Shown: piece by piece, positions 49,764-59,658 of the stretch
Position numbering within the stretch: position 1 is the stretch's first letter
Layout of the letters: each line of letters starts with the position of its first letter
From: an uncultured Acidobacteriaceae bacterium
GTDB lineage: Bacteria; Acidobacteriota; Terriglobia; Terriglobales; Acidobacteriaceae
NCBI GenBank assembly: GCA_963794455.1
Contig: CAWCEA010000003.1
Coordinates: 2,133,263-2,197,262 of the forward strand
Length of the DNA: 64,000 nt
Direction of reading: 5' to 3'
Notes under the pieces: model-generated
What the model saw: only the letters and a program-made list of their open reading frames with translations
Told to the model about the DNA's origin: nothing
The model's database searches: none
Program-made: the position numbers and the translations under genes

Positions 49764-51074
49764 ATGTCCAAGGCATCCCTATCACCAGTCAATCTAGCTT
49801 TTCTGACGGCCGCCGCTTGCGCGCTTCTCGCGCTGCCTGCTCTGGCTGATTCGCAGGCCCGCATCGTTCGCCTCAGCGACGTGCAAGGTTCGGTCCAGAT
49901 CGACAAAAACACGGGCATCGGATTCGAGAATGCCTTCCTGAATCTCCCCATCACGCAGGGGACGCAGGTGAAGACTCTCGACCGCGGCCGCGCCGAAATC
50001 GAATTCGAAGACGGCAGCACCATGCGTCTCACTCCCAACTCGACTCTGCAGTTCTCCACGCTGAGTGTCGACGATTCCGGCAAGCACATCTCGGTCGTCA
50101 ATCTCGTCGATGGGATGGCCTACGTCAACTGGATTGGCAAGAGCGGCGACGAATTCACCATCAACTTCTCGCATGAGAAGATTGCGCTCGATCAGGGTGC
50201 TCACTTCCGCGTCGATATCTCGGCCCATTCCCCCATGCTCGCTGTTTTCAAGGGCGATGTCCAAGTCGACAGTCCCTCGGGCAACGTCAAAGTTTCCAAG
50301 AATAAAACCGCAACCTTCGATGCCTCCGACGACAAAGCCACGCTGGCAAACAAGGTCGAAGAAACCCCGTTCGACTCCTGGGATAAAGAAGCCATTTCCT
50401 ATCACGACCAGTACGCCCGAAACAACAACACCTCATCGCCCTACGGATACGGCCTGAGCGACCTCAACTACTACGGCTCTTACGCCAACGTCCCCGGCTT
50501 CGGCATGATGTGGCAGCCCTTCTTCGCAGGCGTTGGTTGGGATCCCTTCATGGACGGTGCCTGGGGATTTTATCCCGGCTTCGGCTACATGTTCGCTTCC
50601 GCCTACCCCTGGGGATGGCTGCCCTATCGCTACGGCAATTGGAACTTCATCCCCGGTCGCGGCTGGATGTGGCAACCCGGAGGATGGAATACATGGCTCA
50701 CCACGCCGCGCTACGCGGGCAGGATGCCGACCAACTTTCATCCGCTCGTCCCGCCAACTGTAGGCACCGTGAAGACGGTCGCGGTCGGGAGAGGCGGCAC
50801 CGTCCCCACTGCTACCACTTCGCGAATGGTCTTGCGCGCCGGTTCGGCGGGACTCGGTATTCAGCGAGGGTCAATGGACAATCTCAGGCACATGGACCAT
50901 CAGGTTGCAAAGAATGGATTCGCCGAAGTGCGGCCCGCACCACAGTTCTCGACGAGTTCCAGCCGGACCTCACCGGGCTTCAGCGGCCCGCGCAGCGGTC
51001 CCGCCCCGATGAGTGCCCCCATGAGCCGCGGCTCCTCGACCGGCCACACCTCAGGAGGCAGCGCGCACCACTAG
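49764..51074 (+). CDS. FecR-domain secreted protein with Trp/Gly/Pro/Tyr-rich C-terminal region
   Basis: ATG 49764 follows a GGAGG Shine-Dalgarno. Signal peptide, then the FecR-like pattern ARIVRLSDVQGSVQID...GRAEIEFEDGSTMRLTPNS, then an aromatic-rich region (GMMWQPFFAGVGWDPFMDGAWGFYPGFGYMF...). Confidence 0.6.
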   Translation: MSKASLSPVNLAFLTAAACALLALPALADSQARIVRLSDVQGSVQIDKNTGIGFENAFLNLPITQGTQVKTLDRGRAEIEFEDGSTMRLTPNSTLQFSTLSVDDSGKHISVVNLVDGMAYVNWIGKSGDEFTINFSHEKIALDQGAHFRVDISAHSPMLAVFKGDVQVDSPSGNVKVSKNKTATFDASDDKATLANKVEETPFDSWDKEAISYHDQYARNNNTSSPYGYGLSDLNYYGSYANVPGFGMMWQPFFAGVGWDPFMDGAWGFYPGFGYMFASAYPWGWLPYRYGNWNFIPGRGWMWQPGGWNTWLTTPRYAGRMPTNFHPLVPPTVGTVKTVAVGRGGTVPTATTSRMVLRAGSAGLGIQRGSMDNLRHMDHQVAKNGFAEVRPAPQFSTSSSRTSPGFSGPRSGPAPMSAPMSRGSSTGHTSGGSAHH

Positions 51075-51115
51075 ATCTGTATTTGTCGTCCGAACAATCA
51101 AAGTTAAAAAGAGCA

Positions 51116-51145
51116 GGGCGGCCGCAAGGCCGCCCGCTTCTTTTC
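51116..51145. terminator. bidirectional Rho-independent terminator between convergent genes
   Basis: GGGCGGCC-GCAA-GGCCGCCC is a perfect 8-bp GC stem. It is flanked by AAAAAGAGCA upstream and GCTTCTTTT downstream. Confidence 0.6.
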
Positions 51146-51191
51146 GTAGCGCCGGCGTCTCGCCGGCTGTCGCGGGGGCGTCTCGCCCCCG
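51146..51191 (+). repeat. family 1 double-hairpin repeat, copy 2
   Basis: GTAGC-GCCGGCG-TCT-CGCCGGC-TGTCGC-GGGGGCG-TCT-CGCCCCC-G, immediately after the terminator. Confidence 0.7.
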
Positions 51192-51252
51192 TGCCCGCAG
51201 AGCCCGATCAAGATCCTTCAACGCGAACTCGCACGGACCGCCGCCGCCCTTC

Positions 51253-52728
51253 TCACGGCAGCCGCAGCGAATTCACCAGCGTCGTGCACAGCGCTTCTGC
51301 ATCCGCAAAATGTTCCTCCGGCGCCGTACAGCCTACAAGAAACTCCCCACTCCGGTTCTGGACCAAAACTCTCTCGCCCACCCACCACCGCTTCTCATCT
51401 CGCTGGTAACGAAATCGTGTCATCAGCGCGTACCTGTCTTCGATGGTCAATTCCTGCGTGCTCACTCCGTCGGCCTTTTCTCGCGACCCTCCGCTCGCAT
51501 TCGCCAGGTCTCTCATTCGGATATAGTCCGGGTCCGTCAGGCTCCGATAAGGCGCATTCACATCCGCCGGCCCGGCATATAGGAAGATCGGCTCGCCATC
51601 GAGCACCGTCTTGAAAATGTGTTGTCCGTTCGTGCGCGAAACTACTTCGGCTTTCTCCGGGATGCTTACCGTCGCCTCCGAGCACTGCCGCGGATTCTGG
51701 CAATACTGCAGAACGAAAGATTGGAAGCCTGCCAGCGCACTGCTTCCCTCAGAATTGTTGAGCGACGCCTCAGGTTTAGCGTGCGCTGCTTGTCGGGTCC
51801 GCCGAGCCAACTCCGCGAGCGACGGCCCCTGTGACCCCGAGTCGCCCTGCGTCTGATCCTGCACTGCCGCCACCGCGAGGACCTTACTCGCTCTGCTGCC
51901 AGAAATCGTCGCCGCCTGCGCGCTCACCTCTTCCTTCAATTGAATCGATGGATAGATCACCTCCTCGCACACCTGCGCCGTGGTTCGCTCATCCCGATCG
52001 CTCCCATCCGCCGCCTGCGCCTTCCCTTGATCCCCGCCGGAGAACTGCGCTTCATGGCCGCTGCACGTATTGCGTCCGTACGTGTCACGGACCACGCAAG
52101 TCTGATGCACATCATTCGGGCTCACGCACATCACCGGAATCAGACGGTCCGATGCCACCACGAATTCCATCGATCCCCAAACCTCGTGACCCAGCAGACG
52201 CGGACTCGTCTGCCACGAGCAGCGAAACGCTTTGTGCACGCCTTCCTTAATAGCAGAGCAATCAGCCGACGCCCCGCGCATGCTGGCGACTTGCCGCGCA
52301 ATGTTGATCAGATCGTTGTCGCTGCTGTTGGGCGGGATCGGAATCGCAGTCCCCGCCATCACTTCAGTGTTCGTGATCCCCGGCCGCGATCCCAGCAACA
52401 CAGCACCGCCATCCTCGCGTCCCTCAAGACTGAAAGGGAACGGCACGTACAGCCGGTAGTCGCCCGCATCGTAGTTCTTGAAGCCCGCAGGAGCGTTGTC
52501 CGCCGCCTCCTGCTCATGCGTGCCGCTCGCCAGTTCGCGCGCTTCGGAGGATATTCCTTCACCCGCAGAGGCATGCTGCGCCCGGGTTTGCCGCGCAATG
52601 TCGCCCAGCGAGTCGCCCGGATTCTCTGAGGGATAGCTTGACGAGTTCTGCGCCCCGGCAAGAGTGCCAGCGCACCCTATCCAAACCACAAACGCCAATC
52701 CCACCCGAACTGGAAACCAGAGTTTCAT
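51253..52728 (-). CDS. hypothetical secreted protein
   Basis: Long ORF with a signal peptide from MKLWFPVRVGLAFVVWIGCAGTLAGAQ (ATG 52728; the ORF track extends to 52755). No family recognised. Confidence 0.45.
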   Translation of the reverse strand: MKLWFPVRVGLAFVVWIGCAGTLAGAQNSSSYPSENPGDSLGDIARQTRAQHASAGEGISSEARELASGTHEQEAADNAPAGFKNYDAGDYRLYVPFPFSLEGREDGGAVLLGSRPGITNTEVMAGTAIPIPPNSSDNDLINIARQVASMRGASADCSAIKEGVHKAFRCSWQTSPRLLGHEVWGSMEFVVASDRLIPVMCVSPNDVHQTCVVRDTYGRNTCSGHEAQFSGGDQGKAQAADGSDRDERTTAQVCEEVIYPSIQLKEEVSAQAATISGSRASKVLAVAAVQDQTQGDSGSQGPSLAELARRTRQAAHAKPEASLNNSEGSSALAGFQSFVLQYCQNPRQCSEATVSIPEKAEVVSRTNGQHIFKTVLDGEPIFLYAGPADVNAPYRSLTDPDYIRMRDLANASGGSREKADGVSTQELTIEDRYALMTRFRYQRDEKRWWVGERVLVQNRSGEFLVGCTAPEEHFADAEALCTTLVNSLRLP

Positions 52729-52899
52729 GTCGATAAGGCAGTTTTTCCCGAGCAAATCCCTCTCGCTCAGGTTAATCCGGGTCCGTTGCCCGAGAAAGTT
52801 ACCTATGGACCTGTTCGAATGCGAGTTTTCCCCCGCAAACTCCGTCTTTTGCCGGTCAAACCTGGATTTTCCGGAAACTAAGAAAGGAAGAGCCGTAAC

Positions 52900-52945
52900 G
52901 TAGTGCCGGCGTCCCGCCGGCTGTCGAGGGGGCGTCTCGCCCCCG
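52900..52945 (+). repeat. family 1 double-hairpin repeat, copy 3
   Basis: GTAGT-GCCGGCG-TCC-CGCCGGC-TGTCGA-GGGGGCG-TCT-CGCCCCC-G. Confidence 0.7.
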
Positions 52946-52971
52946 ACCCACCCGCCAGCACGATCAAACTC

Positions 52972-53847
52972 TCACCGCACCACGACCCCCGCATACCCCA
53001 CCACCATATTCCGATCGCCCGAAACATCCCCCGACGTCGCATACTTCACCAACTCCGCCGATTTCGCCCCCAGTTTTCGTGCCGCCGTAAGCATCGCCAC
53101 CGCCGGACCGAACCCGCACATCGTTACATTCTGTTGCGTCACTACGTCGTAAAGCCCCCGCGCATCCAGTGTAAGAATCCGCTCAATCGCCCGATGATCC
53201 TTCACCCTCGTCACCGCGTCCGACTCGTAATGATTCATATCGCTCGACGCCACCATCAGCACAGGATCCTTCTGTGCCGCGATCACATCCGCCAGCGCCC
53301 AGCCCAGTTGTTCCAGCACCTCAAACTGTCCCGTCCCCAGCGCAATCGGCACAAACGTCAATTCCTTTTGACGCAACTGCAGAAACGGAAGCTCCACCTC
53401 CGCCGCATGTTCCGCCCGATGCGCCGAGGAATCGTCCTCCAAAGCAGGGAAGCGCTGCTTCAAGAGCCCCGCCAACTCCGTATCAATTGCCACATCGCCC
53501 AGCGGAGTCTCCCATGAACCTTCGCTCATCATTGCGAGCGCCCGCCCAACCCCCGTATGGTTCGGACACATCACCACGCATCGCCGCGGAATCTCCACCC
53601 GCGCAAAGACCGCGCCCGCCACATGTCCCGAATACATGTATCCCGCATGCGGAGCAATGCACCCCACCGCTTGCACCGGTGCCCCATTCTCAGGATTGAC
53701 TTGAGATAGATATCCGCGCACGTCCGTGCGCAGTTCTTCCGCGTTTCGTGGATAAAACCGTCCCGCCACCGCAGGATGTCGAAGGATGGTAGTAGACACA
53801 ATCCCTCCTTCCGAAAGTCTGATGGACGAACTTCCTAAGCGAGCCAC
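52972..53847 (-). CDS. AmmeMemoRadiSam system protein B (MEMO1 family)
   Basis: RHPAVAGRFYP, APHAGYMYSG and SSDMNHY motifs. Confidence 0.8.
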   Translation of the reverse strand: MARLGSSSIRLSEGGIVSTTILRHPAVAGRFYPRNAEELRTDVRGYLSQVNPENGAPVQAVGCIAPHAGYMYSGHVAGAVFARVEIPRRCVVMCPNHTGVGRALAMMSEGSWETPLGDVAIDTELAGLLKQRFPALEDDSSAHRAEHAAEVELPFLQLRQKELTFVPIALGTGQFEVLEQLGWALADVIAAQKDPVLMVASSDMNHYESDAVTRVKDHRAIERILTLDARGLYDVVTQQNVTMCGFGPAVAMLTAARKLGAKSAELVKYATSGDVSGDRNMVVGYAGVVVR

Positions 53848-53864
53848 ACGATTCCCAGTAGCTT

Positions 53865-53918
53865 TTCTTAGCGATCTTCGCGGTCTTTCTTAGCGTTCTT
53901 AGCGTCCAAAGATTTTTT
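53865..53918 (+). repeat. family 2 repeat, copy e
   Basis: TTCTTAGCGATCTTCGCGGTCTTTCTTAGCGTTCTTAGCGTCCAAAGATTTTTT. Confidence 0.65.
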
Positions 53919-54010
53919 GGTCGGCAGCCGGTAACCTGCAAGTACCACAACACGGCACTCCTCAAAAATGCCAGTCCATAGATTCCGACAACCTAGCGCG
54001 CAGTCAGCTC

Positions 54011-54062
54011 TTCTTAGCGATCTTCGCGGCCTTTCTTAGCGTGCTTTGCGTCTAAAGATTTT
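54011..54062 (+). repeat. family 2 repeat, copy f (near-identical to copy e, 146 bp downstream)
   Basis: TTCTTAGCGATCTTCGCGGCCTTTCTTAGCGTGCTTTGCGTCTAAAGATTTT. Confidence 0.65.
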
Positions 54063-54104
54063 CGCCGGCGGCCCGAAATTGTTCCAGTCGCACCCCCGAA
54101 AATC

Positions 54105-54962
54105 CTAAGCGCCCCCATCCCGCAGCCCCCGATAGATCGCCGCACTTTCTTCCAGCGTTAACGTCTCTGCCCGAGCCGTCCCCTTCACCCCTGCCGCAGC
54201 CAGCGCCCGTTTCAACTCCGCTCCGTCATACTTCTCCTTCAAATTGTTCCACAGCGTCTTCCGCTTCTGCCCGAACGAGAGCCGCAGAAACTCGATGAAT
54301 CCATCCCCGGCCACTCCCAACTTCTCCTGCTGTGGATCGATCGTCAACCGCAGCACCGCCGACACCACTTTCGGCGGAGGCACAAACGCTCCCGGCGGCA
54401 CCGTAAACAGTTTTTCCACGTGCCCATACAGCTGCGCCGTTGCCGAAAGCATTCCATAGTCGCGCCCTCCTGGCTGCGCCGCAATGCGGTCCGCCACCTC
54501 GCGCTGCACCATGATCACAATGCTCTCGAAGTATTTCGAAAACTCAAACAGCCGCAGCAGAATGTCCGACGTAATGTAATAAGGAAGATTGCCGACCACC
54601 CGGATCGGCTCGGGCTTGAGCTCGATCCCCGGGCGCCCCAATCCCGGCTTCGGTCCAAACAGAGAATCGAAGTCGATCGACAGAACGTCGGCCTCGATGA
54701 CCTCGACATTCCGCGCCATCCCGAATTTCAACCGAAGCTGCGCCGCCAGCACGCGGTCAAGCTCCACCGCAATCAACCGCCGCGCCCGCTTCGCCAGCAG
54801 AGATGTCAGAATGCCCCGCCCCGGGCCGATTTCCAGCACCGTACTCTGCGATACATCCCCCACCGCATCGACCACGCGCCCCGCGAACTCTTCGCTGGCC
54901 AGAAAATGTTGTCCCATTTTAGGCTTGGTTTGCGGACGACGTGCAGAAGCTACCTTTGGCAC
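54105..54962 (-). CDS. rsmA: 16S rRNA (adenine1518/1519-N6)-dimethyltransferase
   Basis: GQHFL, VLEIGPGRGILT (SAM site) and VVGNLPYYITS. Confidence 0.9.
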   Translation of the reverse strand: MPKVASARRPQTKPKMGQHFLASEEFAGRVVDAVGDVSQSTVLEIGPGRGILTSLLAKRARRLIAVELDRVLAAQLRLKFGMARNVEVIEADVLSIDFDSLFGPKPGLGRPGIELKPEPIRVVGNLPYYITSDILLRLFEFSKYFESIVIMVQREVADRIAAQPGGRDYGMLSATAQLYGHVEKLFTVPPGAFVPPPKVVSAVLRLTIDPQQEKLGVAGDGFIEFLRLSFGQKRKTLWNNLKEKYDGAELKRALAAAGVKGTARAETLTLEESAAIYRGLRDGGA

Positions 54963-55097
54963 ATTGACCCCCCATTTCCTAGGGAAGTAGACTTTGAGGT
55001 CGGTCCTCGCATCCTAGCTGCCGGACCCCCGGTCCCGATTCATATTCATAATAGCGTGCGCCGCGAAAAACGTCCGCGTACGGGAGGTTTCTCTTTC

Positions 55098-56582
55098 ATG
55101 CACATCGCATTTGCTGCTTCGGAAGGTGTTCCATTCTCCAAGACCGGTGGTCTCGCCGATGTTGTCGGCGCCCTGCCTCGCGCCCTGGCCGCCCTGGGCC
55201 ATCAAGTCAGCGTCTACCTGCCCCGTTATCGGCAAACCAAGCTCACTGACCCCGCCACGGTGGTTCGCAGTATTACCGTCCCTTTCGACGACCAGTATCG
55301 GTTCTCTTCCGTTGTGACAGCGGGCAGCCAGGGCGGTGTGCATTTTTACTTCATCGAGTATCCGCAATATTTCGATCGCGATGCCCTCTATGGAACGCCT
55401 GCCGGCGACTATCCTGATAACGCCGAACGCTTCGCTCTTTTTTCCCGCTCCGTTCTCGAGGCCTCAAAAATTCTCGGAGTCCCGCAAGTATTCCACTGTC
55501 ACGACTGGCAATCTGCCCTCATCCCCGTGCTCCTCCGCACCGTCTACGCTGAAGATCCCGCCTTCCGCGACGTCGGCACCGTTTTCACGATTCACAACAT
55601 GGGCTACCAGGGATTATTCCCGCCCGATACTCTCCCGCTTCTCATGCTCCCGTGGGACCTGTTCACCATGTCGAAGATGGAGTTCTTCGGCCAGGTCAAT
55701 TTCCTCAAAGGCGCGCTGACTTATTCCGACTACATCACCACCGTCAGCAAGAAATACAGCCAGGAAATTCAAACTGCCGAATATGGATTCGGCCTCGAAG
55801 GCGTTCTTCGCGATCGCGCCTCGACTGTCACCGGAATTCTCAACGGCGTCGACTATGACGAGTGGAGCCCGCAGACCGACAAGTTCACTGTCGCCAAATA
55901 TTCTCCGCAAGATCTTTCCGGCAAAGGCAAAGACAAGCAGGATCTTCTCGCCGCTTTTGGAATCAAGAATGCCGATCCCAAACTTCCCGTCATCGGAATC
56001 GTCTCCCGCTTCGCCGCCCAAAAAGGTTTCGACCTGATTTCGCAGATCGCCGACCGCCTCGTCCGCGAAGAAATGATCATCGTCGCCCTCGGCGCCGGCG
56101 ACAAATCCTACGAAGAAATGTTCCTTCGCCTGAATAAACAATTCCCCAACAAGATCGCGGTCAAGGTCGCCTACGATAACGCCATCGCGCACAAAATCGA
56201 GGCCGGCGCCGACATGTTCCTCATGCCATCGCGCTACGAACCCTGCGGCCTGAATCAGATCTACAGCCTCAAATTCGGCACCGTTCCCATCGTCCGCGCC
56301 ACCGGAGGCCTCGACGACACTATCGAACCATGGGACGCCCGCGCAGGCAAGGGCACCGGCTTCAAGTTCACCGAATACAACGGCGAGTCGCTTCTGCTCA
56401 CCATCAAGGAAGCGCTGCAAGCCTTCCAGGACCAGACTTCCTGGCAGGTCCTGATGCGCAATGGCATGAACAAAGATTTTTCCTGGAACGCGTCCGCCCG
56501 CGAATACGGCAAGATCTACGAAAAAGTCCGCCACCTTCGCGCCGCGACGACACCCCCGTCTCCAGAAAAAGTACTGGTCTAA
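55098..56582 (+). CDS. glgA: glycogen synthase (ADP-glucose type)
   Basis: ATG 55098 follows a GGGAGG Shine-Dalgarno. MHIAFAASEGVPFSKTGGLADVVGALPRAL, HCHDWQSAL and PSRYEPCGLNQ. Confidence 0.9.
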   Translation: MHIAFAASEGVPFSKTGGLADVVGALPRALAALGHQVSVYLPRYRQTKLTDPATVVRSITVPFDDQYRFSSVVTAGSQGGVHFYFIEYPQYFDRDALYGTPAGDYPDNAERFALFSRSVLEASKILGVPQVFHCHDWQSALIPVLLRTVYAEDPAFRDVGTVFTIHNMGYQGLFPPDTLPLLMLPWDLFTMSKMEFFGQVNFLKGALTYSDYITTVSKKYSQEIQTAEYGFGLEGVLRDRASTVTGILNGVDYDEWSPQTDKFTVAKYSPQDLSGKGKDKQDLLAAFGIKNADPKLPVIGIVSRFAAQKGFDLISQIADRLVREEMIIVALGAGDKSYEEMFLRLNKQFPNKIAVKVAYDNAIAHKIEAGADMFLMPSRYEPCGLNQIYSLKFGTVPIVRATGGLDDTIEPWDARAGKGTGFKFTEYNGESLLLTIKEALQAFQDQTSWQVLMRNGMNKDFSWNASAREYGKIYEKVRHLRAATTPPSPEKVLV

Positions 56583-56687
56583 ACGGGATCGGTCTAACCG
56601 CAGCCACCGTCTGAACTGACGCTCATGTGGCGATAGCCGCCTTGGCTGTCCGGGGCGAAGCGGCCTGCGCACACGGCTCGCCGTCGC

Positions 56688-56730
56688 GTTCTTTGCGGCA
56701 TTTCTTAGCGCTCTTTGCGTGAAGGCTTCG
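56688..56730 (+). repeat. family 2 repeat, copy g
   Basis: GTTCTTTGCGGCATTTCTTAGCGCTCTTTGCGTGAAGGCTTCG, preceded at about 56625..56685 by a degenerate family-1-like segment (...GCCGCCTTGGCTGTCCGGGGCGAAGCGGCC...). Confidence 0.5.
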
Positions 56731-56843
56731 CCTTTTCGTCCCTGCTCCCGCCATTCCGTACCGCCGACAGTCTGCCCACAAATAAAACTGGGTGGTTCGC
56801 CAAGCGAACCACCCAGATCATTCAAACGGACTCTCGTCGCGCC

Positions 56844-58055
56844 CTAGTGGCAGACCGCTCCAGCCCCACTCGTGAACGTGCCATTGCTCGAATACAAGGC
56901 ACCCGCGCCAATGGACGGACTCACTCGGAAGAACCAGTCAAAGAATGCCAGTTCCTGCAAGTGGTACGTATAGCCGTTCGGCATTTTCACGGTCGGCATC
57001 AGCGTTCCTGACAGCGGATCTCCTACTTCCAGATTTCCCTGGCAGCCGCTGACCTGTCCAATGTGCCCCCACGCCGGAGTCCCGTTGGTGACCACCGGAT
57101 CGTCCATCCATTCTCCAAGTTCGTGGGCCATGATCGACGTATCCGCTGTCCCCCCGAATAGCGTCTGGTTTCGCCCTTCGAACTCCGCCTGACCATACGT
57201 CTGCGCCCCCACGAAATCGTGATAGCCCAGGATGCAGCACGTGTTGAGATTGACCGGAGTCCCGCCCGACATCACCGAGTTGTAGAACAGGAAGAACACA
57301 AAACTGTTAGGTGTGATCCCCAGTTTCGTGATCAGTGACCGCGCCTGCGTGTCCCAGAAAGCCTGAGTCATGACGCCGAGCGCCCCGGGAATATTGATAT
57401 TGGATGTGTTCGTGCCGCACATTCCCGTGAAGCCGTACACAGTTCCGTTCGGGTTTCCCGTGTTCGCGCTGGTCACCGTCACAATTTGCACCGGTAGATA
57501 AGCCGCTCCCAGCAGGGTATGGTAGTTGGCTCCGCCCGTTGCCGACACGTCGCCCCAGAACTCGCCTCGCCGGAACGCATCGATGTACTGCGTAGTCCCC
57601 GTGGTCACCCCGTTCATCACGAACTTCGCATCGTTGAACAGCGGCGAACCTTGGGTCAGCTTGAAAGCGTTATTCCCTACGCCGAGGCAGCCCGCATCGT
57701 TCACCGTCGGATCAAAAATGTAGCTTGTGGTCGAGCTGTACTTGAATACGAGACGCACCGGAACCACCACTGTGGGGATCACCGCGATCTTTCCCGGCTT
57801 GGTCGCAGGATCGTTTCCGATCATCACGCCTGTATACGTCTTGCCGTCCACAGGCGCCACCACGCTGTAGTTGAATGTGGGAATCGTGGAACCCGTGAGA
57901 GGCGGCTGCAGTGCATCATTCTGATTTGAAGCGGGACGAAAATGATATTGATGCAACATTTCCGGTGTTGCCGGAATGGGCTGATCGTCCTGGGCGAAAC
58001 CGGCCGTGGCCAGCAGGGCCGTACACACGATCAGCGCGAAACGAGCGAACTTCAT
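56844..58055 (-). CDS. hypothetical secreted protein
   Basis: Start trimmed to MKFARFALIVCTALLATAGFAQ, which has a GGAGGA Shine-Dalgarno. Contains the conserved-looking IMAHELGEWMDDP and CCILGYHDF. No family recognised. Confidence 0.5.
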   Translation of the reverse strand: MKFARFALIVCTALLATAGFAQDDQPIPATPEMLHQYHFRPASNQNDALQPPLTGSTIPTFNYSVVAPVDGKTYTGVMIGNDPATKPGKIAVIPTVVVPVRLVFKYSSTTSYIFDPTVNDAGCLGVGNNAFKLTQGSPLFNDAKFVMNGVTTGTTQYIDAFRRGEFWGDVSATGGANYHTLLGAAYLPVQIVTVTSANTGNPNGTVYGFTGMCGTNTSNINIPGALGVMTQAFWDTQARSLITKLGITPNSFVFFLFYNSVMSGGTPVNLNTCCILGYHDFVGAQTYGQAEFEGRNQTLFGGTADTSIMAHELGEWMDDPVVTNGTPAWGHIGQVSGCQGNLEVGDPLSGTLMPTVKMPNGYTYHLQELAFFDWFFRVSPSIGAGALYSSNGTFTSGAGAVCH

Positions 58056-58402
58056 TTGGATATCCTCCATCACAGTGTTGATTTTGTCAGGGGTCGGTTG
58101 CCGGAGAGGGAGCGGATCGGTACCGAGTCGAGTGATTATGCTTTCGTCACAATCAAGTGTCAAGCAGGTATTCGTCTTCGCCTCATTTTGAGGTATCTAA
58201 AAGTACAGCGGAGTGCACGAATTTGCATACTCCGCTTCAACCCCGCGTCTTCGTCTCGATTCCGATCCGCGCCTCCGTTCCCCGCCTGTGCAATAACACG
58301 CGCGCGCCGCCGTCTTGCAGCGACCCACCCTCCATCGGGCCCAGACTTTCCTCAGCGGAAACCTTGGTAAAATTTCACCGCAGGTCGGAGCCGTTTCATT
58401 CC

Positions 58403-59656
58403 ATGCAGGCCGCCGCCAGACTCATCTTCCACGTCGATATGGACGCGTTCTTCGTCTCCGTCGAAGAACTCTTCGACCCGTCGTTGAAAGGAAAAGCTGT
58501 CGTCGTCGGAGGTCAACGCGACGAGCGCGGCGTCGTCTCTGCCGCTTCCTACGAAGCCCGCAAGTTCGGCGTCCACTCTGCCATGCCTCTCCGCACCGCC
58601 GCCAAGATGTGCCCGCACGCCGTCTTCGTCAACGGACATCCCGAGCGCTACCGCGAATGTTCGCAGAAGGTCTACAAAGTTCTCGACGCATTTTCCCCGC
58701 AAGTCGAGATGGCTTCCATCGACGAGGCCTACATCGACATGACCGGAACCGACCGCCTGCACGGTCCGCCGCTCAAAGCCGCCCACGCTCTGCACCAGCG
58801 CATGAAAACCGACACCGGTCTCAACTGTTCCGTCGGCATCGGAAGCTCGCGCCTTATCGCCAAAGTTTCCTCAGCCCAGGCCAAGCCTAACGGCGTTCTA
58901 TGGATCATCTCGGGCGAAGAATCCAAGTTCCTCGCTCCGCTCGACGTCCGCGAAATTCCCGGCGTTGGCAAAGTCATGGAGACCCACCTCCACGCTCTCG
59001 GTATCAAGAAAGTTGGAGACCTCGCTCGGCTCGAAGACTCCGAACTCGAAGACCGCTTCGGAAAATGGGGCCTCGCCCTCGCCGGCAAAGCTCGCGGCGA
59101 AGATGCTGGCGGATGGTTCGACAACGAAGTCGGCGCCGATCTCGAAGCCAAATCCATCAGCCACGAACACACCTACAACGAAGACACCGCCGACGTCAGC
59201 CAGCTCGAATCCACACTAACGCGTCTTTCAGAGATGGTCGGTCGTCGCCTTCGCGAGTCCAATTTTTACGCCCGCACCGTTCAACTCAAACTGCGATACA
59301 AAGATTTCACTACGATCACGCGCGCCCACACTCTCCCCGCGCCCACGCAGCTCGACACCGAAATCTTCGAAGCCATTCGCGCGCTCTTTCGTAAGAATTG
59401 GAAGAAGGGAATTCAAGTCCGCCTGCTGGGAGTGCAAGCGTCGTCGTTCACCACGGCTCAACCCGATCAGATCAATTTGCTGGAAGGAAACCGCCAACAG
59501 CGCTGGAAAGACGCGCTAGCCGCCGCCGACCGCCTGCGCGACAAATTCGGCGAATCCACGGTCGGCCTCGCCGCCGGCCTCCGCGGCAGCTTCCGCGAAC
59601 GCACCCACGAAAATCCCGCCGGTCTCCCAGGCAAAGGAAAGAACAAAACGACCTAG
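58403..59656 (+). CDS. dinB: DNA polymerase IV (Y-family)
   Basis: Start trimmed to MQAAARLIFHVDMDAFFVSVEE. SIDEAYIDMT and GIGSSRLIAKVSS. Confidence 0.9.
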   Translation: MQAAARLIFHVDMDAFFVSVEELFDPSLKGKAVVVGGQRDERGVVSAASYEARKFGVHSAMPLRTAAKMCPHAVFVNGHPERYRECSQKVYKVLDAFSPQVEMASIDEAYIDMTGTDRLHGPPLKAAHALHQRMKTDTGLNCSVGIGSSRLIAKVSSAQAKPNGVLWIISGEESKFLAPLDVREIPGVGKVMETHLHALGIKKVGDLARLEDSELEDRFGKWGLALAGKARGEDAGGWFDNEVGADLEAKSISHEHTYNEDTADVSQLESTLTRLSEMVGRRLRESNFYARTVQLKLRYKDFTTITRAHTLPAPTQLDTEIFEAIRALFRKNWKKGIQVRLLGVQASSFTTAQPDQINLLEGNRQQRWKDALAAADRLRDKFGESTVGLAAGLRGSFRERTHENPAGLPGKGKNKTT

Positions 59657-59658
59657 CC

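Noticed and set aside
54420-55097. Upstream 226 codons of the 720-aa ORF containing glgA
   Set aside because: This part is antisense to rsmA and is Arg/Pro/His-rich nonsense. GlgA homology starts at MHIAFAASEG (ATG 55098), which has its own Shine-Dalgarno.
55614-56825. 403-aa ORF antisense to glgA
   Set aside because: It is a shadow ORF within a strongly supported glgA gene.
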